Assembly: GCF_000008625.1 (NCBI RefSeq)
Contig: NC_000918.1
Coordinates: forward strand, 270,001 to 302,000
Origin: Aquifex aeolicus VF5
GTDB lineage: Bacteria > Aquificota > Aquificia > Aquificales > Aquificaceae
Length of the DNA: 32,000 nucleotides
Reading direction: 5' to 3'
Shown: positions 16,554 to 24,815 of the stretch, one piece after another
How the letters are laid out: the number at the start of each line of letters is the position of its first letter
Numbering within the stretch: position 1 is the stretch's first letter
Notes under the pieces: generated by a model
Databases searched by the model: none
What the model saw: the letters and a program-made list of their open reading frames with translations, nothing else
Told to the model about the DNA's origin: nothing
Program-made: the position numbers and the translations under genes

Positions 16554-17209
16554 AAGTGGTAGAACTAAAAAACGTTAAAAAAATTTACCCCGACGGAACA
16601 ATTGCTCTCAAAGGCGTTTCACTTTCCGTTGAAGAGGGGGAATTTTTAGGCGTTATGGGACCTTCTGGTTCGGGCAAAAGCACCCTCCTTCACTTAATAG
16701 GGGGTCTGGACAAACCGAGCGAAGGAATCGTCAAGGTATTTGGGAAGGAGATAAATCACTTGGACGAGGACGAACTTGCGGAAATGAGGAAGAGGAAAAT
16801 AGCCTACGTTTTCCAGTTTTACTATCTACTTGAAGATTTTTCCGTTCTTGAAAACTTAACTCTTATAGGGGAACTTGCGGGGATAAAAAATCCGAAAAAG
16901 AAAGCCCTTGAGCTTTTGGATTTTTTGAGACTTTCCCACAGGATAAACCACAAACCTTACCAGCTTTCGGGTGGGGAACAGCAGAGAGTTGCAATCGGCA
17001 GAGCCCTTATGGTGGAGCCAAAACTAATACTTGCGGACGAGCCCACGGGAAATCTGGACTCTAAAGAGGGTTTCAGAATTTTTGAACTTTTTAAAGAATT
17101 GAATGAAAAGGGAATTACGTTTGTAGTTGCAACTCACAACGACTCCCTTAAGCCCTTCTTCGGCAGGATAATAAACTTGAGGGACGGAGAAATCGTCACT
17201 CAACGGTGA
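16550..17209 (+). CDS. ABC transporter ATP-binding protein, LolD/MacB-type
   Basis: Walker [10 protein letters not shown], signature [15 protein letters not shown], Walker [13 protein letters not shown]. No permease gene is adjacent. Confidence 0.8.
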   Translation: MKVVELKNVKKIYPDGTIALKGVSLSVEEGEFLGVMGPSGSGKSTLLHLIGGLDKPSEGIVKVFGKEINHLDEDELAEMRKRKIAYVFQFYYLLEDFSVLENLTLIGELAGIKNPKKKALELLDFLRLSHRINHKPYQLSGGEQQRVAIGRALMVEPKLILADEPTGNLDSKEGFRIFELFKELNEKGITFVVATHNDSLKPFFGRIINLRDGEIVTQR

Positions 17210-17459
17210 GGAGTTCAATCTCGCCTTTCCTGTAAATCCTCACCCTCACGTTGTACTCTTTCAGTTCCTTTTTCTCCACCTTCACCCCTTCCGTAGAGCC
17301 AAGCTTTACCTTTGAGTCCAAAACCCTGAAAGCCTCCCATTCCTCCTTTAAGTTCTGAAGGTAAGCGGAACTCTGGGAAAAGAGCGAAAAGATTACGGTG
17401 AGGGAAATGCCCAGGATAGTTAAAGCTATAAGAACCTCAAGAAGGGTAAACGCCCTCAA
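17196..17459 (-). CDS. Minor pseudopilin with a prepilin-type N-terminal methylation motif
   Basis: MRAFTLLEVLIALTILGISL (the G/A-F-T-L-x-E class III signal). 87 aa. It overlaps gspG by 4 nt. Confidence 0.7.
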   Translation of the reverse strand: MRAFTLLEVLIALTILGISLTVIFSLFSQSSAYLQNLKEEWEAFRVLDSKVKLGSTEGVKVEKKELKEYNVRVRIYRKGEIELLTVE

Positions 17460-17857
17460 AGGTCCCAGACGCTTATGTCGTCTTCCGTTCCCTCAATGCC
17501 GTCTGGTCCCACCGATTTAAGCTCATAGGGTTTATTACCCGCGGGGGAGACGTAAATAAAGTCGTTTCCCCACGCGTCTTTCGGAACTTTTTCCATGTAC
17601 TGCTTCCAGTTTTTGGGCTCCGGGGGAGTGGTAGGCTTTTCCACGAGGGCTTTCAGCCCTTGCTCCGTGGTGGGATAAAAGCCGTTGTCCAGTTTGAACT
17701 GCTCCAGAGCGTTCTTTACAGCCTTTAACTGAAGCTTTGTGGACTCTATCCTCGCCTCATCCACCCTTCCCGTGAGTTTGGGAACTATGAGGGCGGCGAG
17801 GAGCCCGAGAATAATGAGAACTACGAGAACCTCTATTAAAGTAAATCCCCTTCTCAT
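17456..17857 (-). CDS. gspG: Type II secretion major pseudopilin GspG-like
   Basis: MRRGFTLIEVLVVLIILGLLAALIVPK plus the GspG core (LDNGFYPTTEQGLKALV, DAWGNDFIY, SVGPDG). Confidence 0.85.
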   Translation of the reverse strand: MRRGFTLIEVLVVLIILGLLAALIVPKLTGRVDEARIESTKLQLKAVKNALEQFKLDNGFYPTTEQGLKALVEKPTTPPEPKNWKQYMEKVPKDAWGNDFIYVSPAGNKPYELKSVGPDGIEGTEDDISVWDL

Positions 17858-18189
17858 TACACCATCCTTAAAAGTCTCTTTATGGCCTGCTCAACCATTT
17901 CCTCGGTGGGAATAAAGTCGTGGCGGTCGAGCTCCATCGTGTCCCTGAAGTAAAGAATCGCCGGGAAGTTAAAAATACCGAAGTCTTCAAAGGAAGTGTT
18001 CTTCGTGACGTCCATGTAAAAGAAGTCTATTTTGTCCCCGTATAGTTTCTGGTACTTTTCGAGTATGGGCTTTATCTGCTCGTTTGCCGGGTTGTTCGGG
18101 TCCGTAAAAACAACAACGGAAGGTTTAGGGTTCATCATAACAGCCTTGTAAAAGTCTTTATCGGTAACCTCCTTAAAGCCTTCAAACAT
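17857..18189 (-). CDS. Thioredoxin-fold protein without any cysteine
   Basis: Trx-like topology pattern: VVVFTD..(no WCGPC)..IKPILEK...FFYMDV...FPAILYF (cis-Pro loop). There are zero Cys in 110 aa. It has 1-nt overlaps with both neighbours. Confidence 0.55.
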   Translation of the reverse strand: MFEGFKEVTDKDFYKAVMMNPKPSVVVFTDPNNPANEQIKPILEKYQKLYGDKIDFFYMDVTKNTSFEDFGIFNFPAILYFRDTMELDRHDFIPTEEMVEQAIKRLLRMV

Positions 18190-18536
18190 TACGTACCTCC
18201 TTCGTTTTCTTCTTCGTCTTCATCAAATTCTATAAAGTATCCGCCGAAAGACCCTCTTGCGTTCAAGGCGGTCAATTTCAAAGCGTTCAGATAATTAATT
18301 ATGTCTTCGTACTTCTTTATAGAGTTCTTTACTTTCCTGTACTCTTTAGGGCTCAACCTTTTGTTCCTCAGTATATTCCTTAAAGCTATCCTCGTGAGGT
18401 TTGCCCTGTTGAACTTTTCCTGCCACTCTTTCCAGAACTCTTTGGAGTTGAGCGGTGCGGAGATGTTGTAGAAGTCTATCTCGGAGAGTTCTCTGATAAG
18501 TTCTAATTCAAGGTTATTTTTTCTGAATCTTTTCAT
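18189..18536 (-). CDS. Hypothetical protein with a basic helical body and an acidic C-terminal tail
   Basis: 115 aa, first gene of the pseudopilin operon. I recognise no family. The tail is FDEDEEENEGGT. Confidence 0.45.
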   Translation of the reverse strand: MKRFRKNNLELELIRELSEIDFYNISAPLNSKEFWKEWQEKFNRANLTRIALRNILRNKRLSPKEYRKVKNSIKKYEDIINYLNALKLTALNARGSFGGYFIEFDEDEEENEGGT

Positions 18537-18543
18537 AAGTAAT

Positions 18544-18561
18544 TATTCTATATCTAGAATA
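18544..18561. promoter_or_regulatory. 7-bp inverted repeat TATTCTA-TATC-TAGAATA in a 31-bp divergent intergenic region
   Basis: Perfect arms at 18544..18550 and 18555..18561, between the minus-strand start at 18536 and the plus-strand start at 18568. Confidence 0.3.
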
Positions 18562-18567
18562 GTTTTT

Positions 18568-19689
18568 ATGGACAGGCTTGAAAAAGTATCACCCTTCATA
18601 GTAATGGATATCCTAGCTCAGGCCCAGAAGTACGAAGACGTAGTACACATGGAGATAGGAGAGCCCGATTTAGAACCGTCTCCCAAGGTAATGGAAGCTC
18701 TGGAACGTGCGGTGAAGGAAAAGACGTTCTTCTACACCCCTGCTCTGGGACTCTGGGAACTCAGGGAAAGGATATCGGAGTTTTACAGGAAAAAGTACAG
18801 CGTTGAAGTTTCTCCAGAGAGAGTCATCGTAACTACCGGAACTTCGGGAGCGTTTCTCGTAGCCTACGCCGTAACACTAAATGCGGGAGAGAAGATAATC
18901 CTCCCAGACCCCTCTTACCCCTGTTACAAAAACTTTGCCTACCTCTTAGACGCTCAGCCGGTTTTCGTAAACGTTGACAAGGAAACGAATTACGAAGTAA
19001 GGAAAGAGATGATAGAAGACATTGATGCGAAAGCCCTTCACATTTCCTCGCCTCAAAACCCTACGGGCACACTCTACTCACCTGAAACCCTGAAGGAACT
19101 TGCGGAGTACTGCGAAGAGAAGGGTATGTACTTCATATCCGACGAGATTTACCACGGACTCGTTTACGAAGGTAGGGAGCACACAGCACTTGAGTTCTCT
19201 GACAGGGCTATTGTCATAAACGGGTTTTCTAAGTACTTCTGTATGCCAGGTTTCAGGATAGGGTGGATGATAGTTCCGGAAGAACTCGTGAGAAAGGCGG
19301 AAATAGTAATTCAGAACGTATTTATATCTGCCCCGACGCTCAGTCAGTACGCCGCCCTTGAGGCTTTTGATTACGAGTATTTGGAGAAGGTAAGAAAAAC
19401 CTTTGAAGAGAGGAGGAACTTCCTTTATGGGGAACTGAAAAAACTCTTCAAGATAGACGCGAAACCTCAGGGAGCTTTTTACGTATGGGCAAACATAAGT
19501 GATTACTCCACAGATAGCTACGAATTTGCTTTAAAACTTTTAAGGGAGGCGAGGGTGGCGGTAACGCCCGGGGTGGACTTTGGAAAAAACAAAACGAAGG
19601 AGTATATAAGGTTTGCTTATACGAGAAAGATAGAAGAACTTAAGGAGGGCGTTGAAAGGATAAAGAAGTTCTTAGAGAAGCTTAGCTGA
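18568..19689 (+). CDS. Class I/II pyridoxal-phosphate aminotransferase (aspartate aminotransferase-like)
   Basis: 373 aa. NPTG motif, the PLP-lysine context NGFSKYFCMPGFRIGW, and C-terminal RFAY. Confidence 0.9.
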   Translation: MDRLEKVSPFIVMDILAQAQKYEDVVHMEIGEPDLEPSPKVMEALERAVKEKTFFYTPALGLWELRERISEFYRKKYSVEVSPERVIVTTGTSGAFLVAYAVTLNAGEKIILPDPSYPCYKNFAYLLDAQPVFVNVDKETNYEVRKEMIEDIDAKALHISSPQNPTGTLYSPETLKELAEYCEEKGMYFISDEIYHGLVYEGREHTALEFSDRAIVINGFSKYFCMPGFRIGWMIVPEELVRKAEIVIQNVFISAPTLSQYAALEAFDYEYLEKVRKTFEERRNFLYGELKKLFKIDAKPQGAFYVWANISDYSTDSYEFALKLLREARVAVTPGVDFGKNKTKEYIRFAYTRKIEELKEGVERIKKFLEKLS

Positions 19690-19704
19690 TCTAAAATACT
19701 CTCT

Positions 19705-20040
19705 ATGGAAGAAAAGGCTTTAATAGGGATAGAAGACTTTTTAAAAGTAGATCTCAGAGTAGCAAAGGTTCTGTCCGCCGAAAGGGTAGAGGGTTCCGAA
19801 AAGCTCCTGAAGCTCACACTTTCCTTGGGAGATGAAGAGAGGACGGTTGTCGCAGGTATAGCGAAGTACTACACACCCGAGGAACTCGTAGGGAAGAAAA
19901 TCGTTATAGTTGCAAACTTAAAACCAAGAAAGATTTTCGGTATAGAGTCCCAAGGAATGATACTCGCCGCATCGGACGGAGAGAACCTCTCCGTTATAGT
20001 TCCCGACAGGGACGTGAAGGAGGGGGCTAAACTCAGTTGA
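19705..20040 (+). CDS. Structure-specific tRNA-binding protein (Trbp111 / CsaA / MetRS C-terminal EMAP-like OB domain)
   Basis: 111 aa. [27 protein letters not shown]...VVAGIAKYY...[27 protein letters not shown] is the classic tRNA_bind OB fold. Confidence 0.9.
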
Positions 20041-20654
20041 AGTACTTCCACTTCACTGAAGAACACCCCTTTTCCCTTGTTCTCCCCTTAATAGAGGAGG
20101 GAAAGTTAGACCCCTGGGAGGTGGACATAGTAGAGCTCGCAAACCTCTACATGGAAGAATTAAAAAAACTAGAAGTTCTGGACCTGCGTGTGCCTGCGAG
20201 GGCTATCCTCGCCGCTTCGTTTTTGCTCAGGAAGAAGATAGAAACGATATTCCCAAAACCTCCGAGAAAGTACACAAAAAGGAAGTACACGCTACAGGAA
20301 ATAGTTGATATGTTCGAAGAAGAGTACAGGGAAGTGGAGGAAGATATAAAGGAAAACGTTGAAAAGATAAGGAAGATAGTAAAGAGGAAAAGGGCAAGTG
20401 CAAAAAGAAAAAGGAGGGAAAAGAGAAAGGAAGTTCCCCTGCACGTTGCGAAGTTTGAAGAAGTTCTAGAAGAGCTTTGGAACTCCTTCAAGGAACTGGA
20501 AGTGGGAACGAGGCTGAGTTTTTTTAATTTTTTAAGCAAGAAGGATTTAGTTCCTCAGTTTATGGCACTCCTTTATCTCGACTACGAGAGTAAAGTAAGA
20601 CTCTTTCAGGAAAAGCCTTTTGAAGACATAACTGTGGAGATATTAAAAACCTAG
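20037..20654 (+). CDS. scpA: Segregation and condensation protein A-like (kleisin), short form
   Basis: N-terminal [21 protein letters not shown] matches the ScpA consensus (i.e. DIxxIxI). A K/R-rich central linker is present. The TTG start overlaps the upstream stop. Confidence 0.65.
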   Translation: MKYFHFTEEHPFSLVLPLIEEGKLDPWEVDIVELANLYMEELKKLEVLDLRVPARAILAASFLLRKKIETIFPKPPRKYTKRKYTLQEIVDMFEEEYREVEEDIKENVEKIRKIVKRKRASAKRKRREKRKEVPLHVAKFEEVLEELWNSFKELEVGTRLSFFNFLSKKDLVPQFMALLYLDYESKVRLFQEKPFEDITVEILKT

Positions 20655-21701
20655 AACCTTTACTACCTCGTCAAAATCCGGAGGTACTGTTATAGGTTCT
20701 TCACAAACTTTTATAGCGGTATCGGGGTCCTTTAAACCGTTTCCGGTAAGTGTACACGTTACCACTTCTCCGCCTTTAAAAAAGCCTTCCCTTACGAGTT
20801 TTATCAACCCTGCCACGCTCGCGGCAGAAGCAGGCTCGCAGAAAACACCTTCCGTTGAGGCGATGAGTTTGTAAGCATAAAGGATTTCGCTGTCACTTAC
20901 CGCATCTATTTTCCCACCACTCTCCTGAGCGGCTTTCAGGGCAGACTTCCAGCTGTAGGGATTTCCTATCTTTATAGCCGTAGCTATGGTCTGGGGATTT
21001 TTAATCGGGTAGCCCTTCACTATAGGAGCAGCACCTTCCGCTTGCCAGCCCATCATCCTAGGGAGTTTCGTTATTTTCCCCTCCTCGTAATAAATCTTAA
21101 AGCCCTTCCAGTAGGCGGTTATGTTTCCTGCGTTCCCGACTGGGATAAAGTGATAATCTGGAGCCTCTCCCAAGGTATCGCATATCTCAAAAGCGGCTGT
21201 CTTTTGCCCCTCTATTCTATAGGGGTTGACCGAGTTCACAATTTCCACGGGAAAATTTTCACCTATTTTTCTCACTATGTTCAGGGCATCGTCAAAAGTT
21301 CCTTGAATGGCGAGGACTTTAGCCCCGTAAATCATAGCCTGAGAGAGCTTTCCTATGGCGACAGCACCCTTGGGTAGCAGAACGTAAGCCCTGAGTCCAG
21401 CCCTTGCAGCGTAAGCCGCGGCGGAAGCGGAGGTGTTTCCCGTGGATGCACATATCACCGCTCTTTTACCCGCTTCCACTGCTTTCGAAATGGCAAGGGT
21501 CATCCCCCTATCTTTAAAAGAACCAGTCGGATTTAGTCCTTCGTACTTCAGATAAATCTTTCCTTTAAAACCTATCGCCCTTGCGAGGTTGTCCGCCTCT
21601 ATGAGAGGAGTGTTACCTTCGTAGAGGGTTACGATGGGTGTGTTTTCGTCAACGGGGAGGTACTTTTTATACTGTTTAATTATTCCTTGCCACCGATTCA
21701 T
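20643..21701 (-). CDS. thrC: Threonine synthase
   Basis: PLP-lysine motif NPTGSFKDRG and a full-length 352-aa ThrC-like sequence. Confidence 0.95.
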   Translation of the reverse strand: MNRWQGIIKQYKKYLPVDENTPIVTLYEGNTPLIEADNLARAIGFKGKIYLKYEGLNPTGSFKDRGMTLAISKAVEAGKRAVICASTGNTSASAAAYAARAGLRAYVLLPKGAVAIGKLSQAMIYGAKVLAIQGTFDDALNIVRKIGENFPVEIVNSVNPYRIEGQKTAAFEICDTLGEAPDYHFIPVGNAGNITAYWKGFKIYYEEGKITKLPRMMGWQAEGAAPIVKGYPIKNPQTIATAIKIGNPYSWKSALKAAQESGGKIDAVSDSEILYAYKLIASTEGVFCEPASAASVAGLIKLVREGFFKGGEVVTCTLTGNGLKDPDTAIKVCEEPITVPPDFDEVVKVLGF

Positions 21702-21727
21702 AAAAACTATTTTCTCACGTATACTCT

Positions 21728-22093
21728 TTATTTCCAGTAATTTTCTAAAAGGTCGTAAAACTTATTCACCGATTTCTTGACTAGGAAGTAAGCCTCTCGC
21801 TTGTTTTGAAGTCCGAAGTCCTTCTTCACAGTGTCCAGAGAAGCGTCGTAGTACCTCTTCTTTATAACTGTTCTGTAGGGCTCTTCCATCATGTCTATGA
21901 TCCTCTCCACGTCTACGGTGTATATCACGTATCTTGTGAATTTGGCCTCCTTGTTTGGTAATTTTTTCTTCCTCGAGAGTGCGTTAACCATACTGCCTTT
22001 AGAGAGTCCGGATATAAACTTCGCCTCCTCAGCCACCTCGTACTTATCCATAACTTGGCGCACTACGCTCAGCTTGTACTCAAATAGATTCAT
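21728..22093 (-). CDS. Hypothetical protein with a C-terminal sigma-70 region 4 / ArpU-like helix-turn-helix pattern
   Basis: 121 aa. The segment YRTVIKKRYYDASLDTVKKDFGLQNKREAYFLVKKSVNKF resembles small phage-type late-gene regulators. A GGGAGGGAAG RBS is present. The family call is tentative. Confidence 0.45.
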   Translation of the reverse strand: MNLFEYKLSVVRQVMDKYEVAEEAKFISGLSKGSMVNALSRKKKLPNKEAKFTRYVIYTVDVERIIDMMEEPYRTVIKKRYYDASLDTVKKDFGLQNKREAYFLVKKSVNKFYDLLENYWK

Positions 22094-22110
22094 TACTTCC
22101 CTCCCTGTTC

Positions 22111-22557
22111 TCAGATTTCTCTCGAATCTATTATAATGGTCACGGGTCCCCAGTTTTCTATAAAAACGTCCATCATAGCCCCGAAAATACCCGTTTCTAC
22201 TTTAAGCCCGCTTTCTTTTATTTTATCCACGAATTTTTCGTAGAGTTCTTTTGCTCTCTTAGGCTCTTCGGCCTCTTCGAAACTGGGTCTCCTTCCCTTC
22301 TTTACGTTGGCGTACAGCGTAAACTGAGAAACCACTAGGATTTCGCCTTTTATATCGAGCACGGAGTACTGAAACTTTCCCCTTTCGTCCTCAAATATCC
22401 TGAGGTTAAGTATCTTATTTACGAGTTTCTCTATATCCTCTTCGGTATCGCCTTTCCTAACGCCGAGGAAAACGTTCAATCCCTCGTTTATGCTCCCCAC
22501 TACCTTCCCGTCCACTTCCACCCAGCTCTTTTTAACTCTCTGAATTACCGCTCTCAT
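22111..22557 (-). CDS. dtd: D-aminoacyl-tRNA deacylase
   Basis: MRAVIQRV..., SQFTLYA, GRRPSF, and GxMxV at the C-terminus. 148 aa. Confidence 0.95.
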
Positions 22558-22558
22558 A

Positions 22559-22801
22559 TTACCAGACCACTATTTTATCCGCCTCTTCTATTAGTTTAAT
22601 GATATCTTTGTAGCTTATAAGGACCTCTTCCTTGAACTTTAATCCTCTCGCTTCGGCATCCTCTTTACAAACGTACCACCCCTCCCTGGAAGGGTACCTC
22701 AGGACTCCGTCCTGAATCAAAACCACTACATCGTCCTCGCCGAGGTAATCCGAGGAAAAGTCTCCCAGTTTCCTCACGAGCCAAAGCGTTTTAACACCCA
22801 T
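22559..22801 (-). CDS. TusB/DsrH-family sulfur-relay-like small protein
   Basis: 80 aa. It aligns with E. coli TusB as I remember it: [11 protein letters not shown] vs [23 protein letters not shown] vs YALNEDLIARGL, and [11 protein letters not shown]...VVW vs LIDYTDFVRLT...MAW. Confidence 0.7.
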   Translation of the reverse strand: MGVKTLWLVRKLGDFSSDYLGEDDVVVLIQDGVLRYPSREGWYVCKEDAEARGLKFKEEVLISYKDIIKLIEEADKIVVW

Positions 22802-22831
22802 GGTAAAATTCTACCAAGGGGTGGATAAAGT

Positions 22832-23572
22832 GTGGAACTAGATAAATACTTAGTTTTAGGTTTTGCAACTCTTTACGCACTCTTTATGTTGCTCACGAAA
22901 GACATCTTCGTTAAGTACCTGTCCTCCCTTTACGCGGTTTCCTTTATGCTCATTTACATGTCTTACTACCTCGAGGGTGTTAACTTTCCCAGACTTTACG
23001 TTTACGGATTCAGGGTTGTCGGGTTTATAATGCTCGCTTACACTTTCTTCGAGAATTATAAACTTATAAAACTCCTCAGAAATCTGGAAAAGAGAACGTA
23101 CATAGATTCTTTAACGGGTGTTTACAACAGGAAGTTTCTCGAGGAGATTTTTAAGCTCGAGAAGGAAAAGTACAGGACTTTCAGGAAGGAGTTCTGCATA
23201 ATTTTCATAGATCTTGATAACTTCAAGGAAGTCAACGACAGGTACGGACACATGGAGGGGGATAAGGTTTTAAAACGGGTTGCCGAATTGATCAAGAAAA
23301 GCGTAAGGAAGGAAGATTACGTCATAAGGTACGGAGGGGACGAGTTCGTGATAATAACGGAGGCCCCGAGGGGAGACGTCCTGAGCATAATGTCAAGACT
23401 TCAGGACGTCATAAAGATAAAGTACAAGGAAGTTGAGGTAACAGCCTCTATAGGAAGTGCCTGCTTTCCGAACGACGGAAAAGAACTGGAAGAGCTGATA
23501 AAGAAAGCTGACGAAAGGATGTACAGAATTAAGAAGATGAAGAACGAACTACTCAAGCTTAATAAAGGGTAG
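22832..23572 (+). CDS. Membrane-anchored diguanylate cyclase (GGDEF domain)
   Basis: About 3 N-terminal TM helices, then DSLTGVYNR, active site RYGGDEF, and an RxxD I-site (RKED) 5 residues upstream. GTG start with an AAGGGGTGGA RBS. Confidence 0.9.
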   Translation: MELDKYLVLGFATLYALFMLLTKDIFVKYLSSLYAVSFMLIYMSYYLEGVNFPRLYVYGFRVVGFIMLAYTFFENYKLIKLLRNLEKRTYIDSLTGVYNRKFLEEIFKLEKEKYRTFRKEFCIIFIDLDNFKEVNDRYGHMEGDKVLKRVAELIKKSVRKEDYVIRYGGDEFVIITEAPRGDVLSIMSRLQDVIKIKYKEVEVTASIGSACFPNDGKELEELIKKADERMYRIKKMKNELLKLNKG

Positions 23573-24037
23573 TATTTCTTTAAGGTCTATGTACCTGTCG
23601 CAGGCATTCACAAGTTCTATGGAAGAGCTTTCCTTTGTGGAGACGCATATAACCTCTTTTCCGAAGTTTCTGAGTACGTAAACGAGCCTTTCAAAGTCGC
23701 TGTCCCCTGAACAGAGGATAGCCGTGTCGTAATTGTCCTTCGTGAGGAGCATGTCTATAGCTATGTCCACGTCAACGTCTCCCTTCAGGCTTCCGTCCTT
23801 GAGTTGTTTTACGGGTTTTTTCACTACGGTTATACCGCTGAAGGCAAGGAGTTTAAAAAACCTCTCCTGCTTTTCGTCCTCTTCCTTGTAGGCGAGGTAA
23901 AAGAAGGTGTTGTAAATGTCGTAAAACTGCTTAAAGTAATTGACGAACTTCACGATGTCTATCTTGGCGTTGAGGAAGTTCTTCTGGATAAAGTAGAGGT
24001 TCGTGCCGTCCACGAATATCGCGGCCCTCCTCCTCAT
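23549..24037 (-). CDS. NYN/LabA-like (PIN-related) domain protein, putative RNase
   Basis: AAIFVDGTNLYF ... ILCSGDSDF are the acidic motifs of the NYN fold. The preferred start is ATG 24037, which overlaps the upstream stop as ATGA. The track start at 24100 would overlap the upstream ORF by 67 nt. Confidence 0.7.
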   Translation of the reverse strand: MRRRAAIFVDGTNLYFIQKNFLNAKIDIVKFVNYFKQFYDIYNTFFYLAYKEEDEKQERFFKLLAFSGITVVKKPVKQLKDGSLKGDVDVDIAIDMLLTKDNYDTAILCSGDSDFERLVYVLRNFGKEVICVSTKESSSIELVNACDRYIDLKEILPFIKLE

Positions 24038-24234
24038 TCCTCGTCTCCGACTACGTACCACACCCTTATCCCTGCGGAGACGTGTGCGTTTCTCTGCCAT
24101 ATCGTTTCCACGTTTATTACCTTGACCTTGTTTAACTTAATCCACTCGTTTACCTGCTTATCGAGGAGTTCCTCCAAAGTCTCGTCTATAAAAGGAGCGG
24201 TCTTTCTATAAAAATCTTTAAATCTTATTTCCAT
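24034..24234 (-). CDS. Small 66-aa protein of unknown function between grpE and the NYN gene
   Basis: An ATG 13 nt after the grpE stop. The stop is coupled (ATGA) to the NYN start. The composition looks ordinary and globular. I can assign no family with confidence. Confidence 0.5.
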   Translation of the reverse strand: MEIRFKDFYRKTAPFIDETLEELLDKQVNEWIKLNKVKVINVETIWQRNAHVSAGIRVWYVVGDEE

Positions 24235-24247
24235 GGCAAATACCCCT

Positions 24248-24796
24248 TTAAGTTATCTCTTCCCCTTCTTCTTCTTGAGGCGGAACAGCTACGGCTACCC
24301 TTGCGGGTCTGAGAACCTTGTCGTGTATGTAGTAGCCCTTTCTTATTACCTTTACGACGGTATTGGGCGGATACTGATCCGTTTCTACCTTTTCCACGGC
24401 TTCGGCGACGTAGGGATCAAACTCCTTTCCCTCAACCGGTATTTCCCTTATTCCGTACTTTTCGAATATCTTTTTCATTTCCGAGTAAATCATTTCAATA
24501 CCGAGGAGTATAGACTTCACGTCTTGTGCCTGCCTACCGTATTCCAGCGCCCTTTCGAAGTTGTCCATAACCTCAAGGAGGTCGTAGGCGAACTTCTCAT
24601 AGCAGAACTTCCTCTGTTCCTCTAAATCCCTTCTGTAGCGTTCTTTGAGGTAATCTATTTCCCTCTGGAGTTCGGCAACTCTCAGGTTTGAGTTCTTGGC
24701 GATTGTTTCAAGTTTTTGAATTTTTTCTTCGAGTTCTTTTTCCCTCTTTCTTAATTCTTCAAGTTCTTTTTCAATTTCTTTCTGATTTTTTTCCAT
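24248..24796 (-). CDS. grpE: Nucleotide exchange factor GrpE
   Basis: A long N-terminal coiled coil, then DNFERA, and a C-terminal VxxVxxKGY..xxxVLRPARVAV. Confidence 0.95.
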   Translation of the reverse strand: MEKNQKEIEKELEELRKREKELEEKIQKLETIAKNSNLRVAELQREIDYLKERYRRDLEEQRKFCYEKFAYDLLEVMDNFERALEYGRQAQDVKSILLGIEMIYSEMKKIFEKYGIREIPVEGKEFDPYVAEAVEKVETDQYPPNTVVKVIRKGYYIHDKVLRPARVAVAVPPQEEEGEEIT

Positions 24797-24815
24797 CTTC
24801 TTCCTCCTAGTTTAA

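Noticed and set aside
20147-20539. 130-aa minus-strand ORF inside scpA
   Set aside because: It is a low-complexity S/F/L-rich mirror of the K/R/E-rich linker of ScpA. It has no start context.
24038-24100. Longer NYN start adding an Arg-rich N-terminal extension
   Set aside because: It would require a 67-nt out-of-frame overlap with the 66-aa ORF, whereas ATG 24037 gives a classic ATGA coupling. It is not fully excluded and is noted in the finding.
24233-24625. 130-aa plus-strand ORF antisense to grpE
   Set aside because: It lies entirely within the well-supported grpE coding sequence. The composition is odd and there is no RBS.
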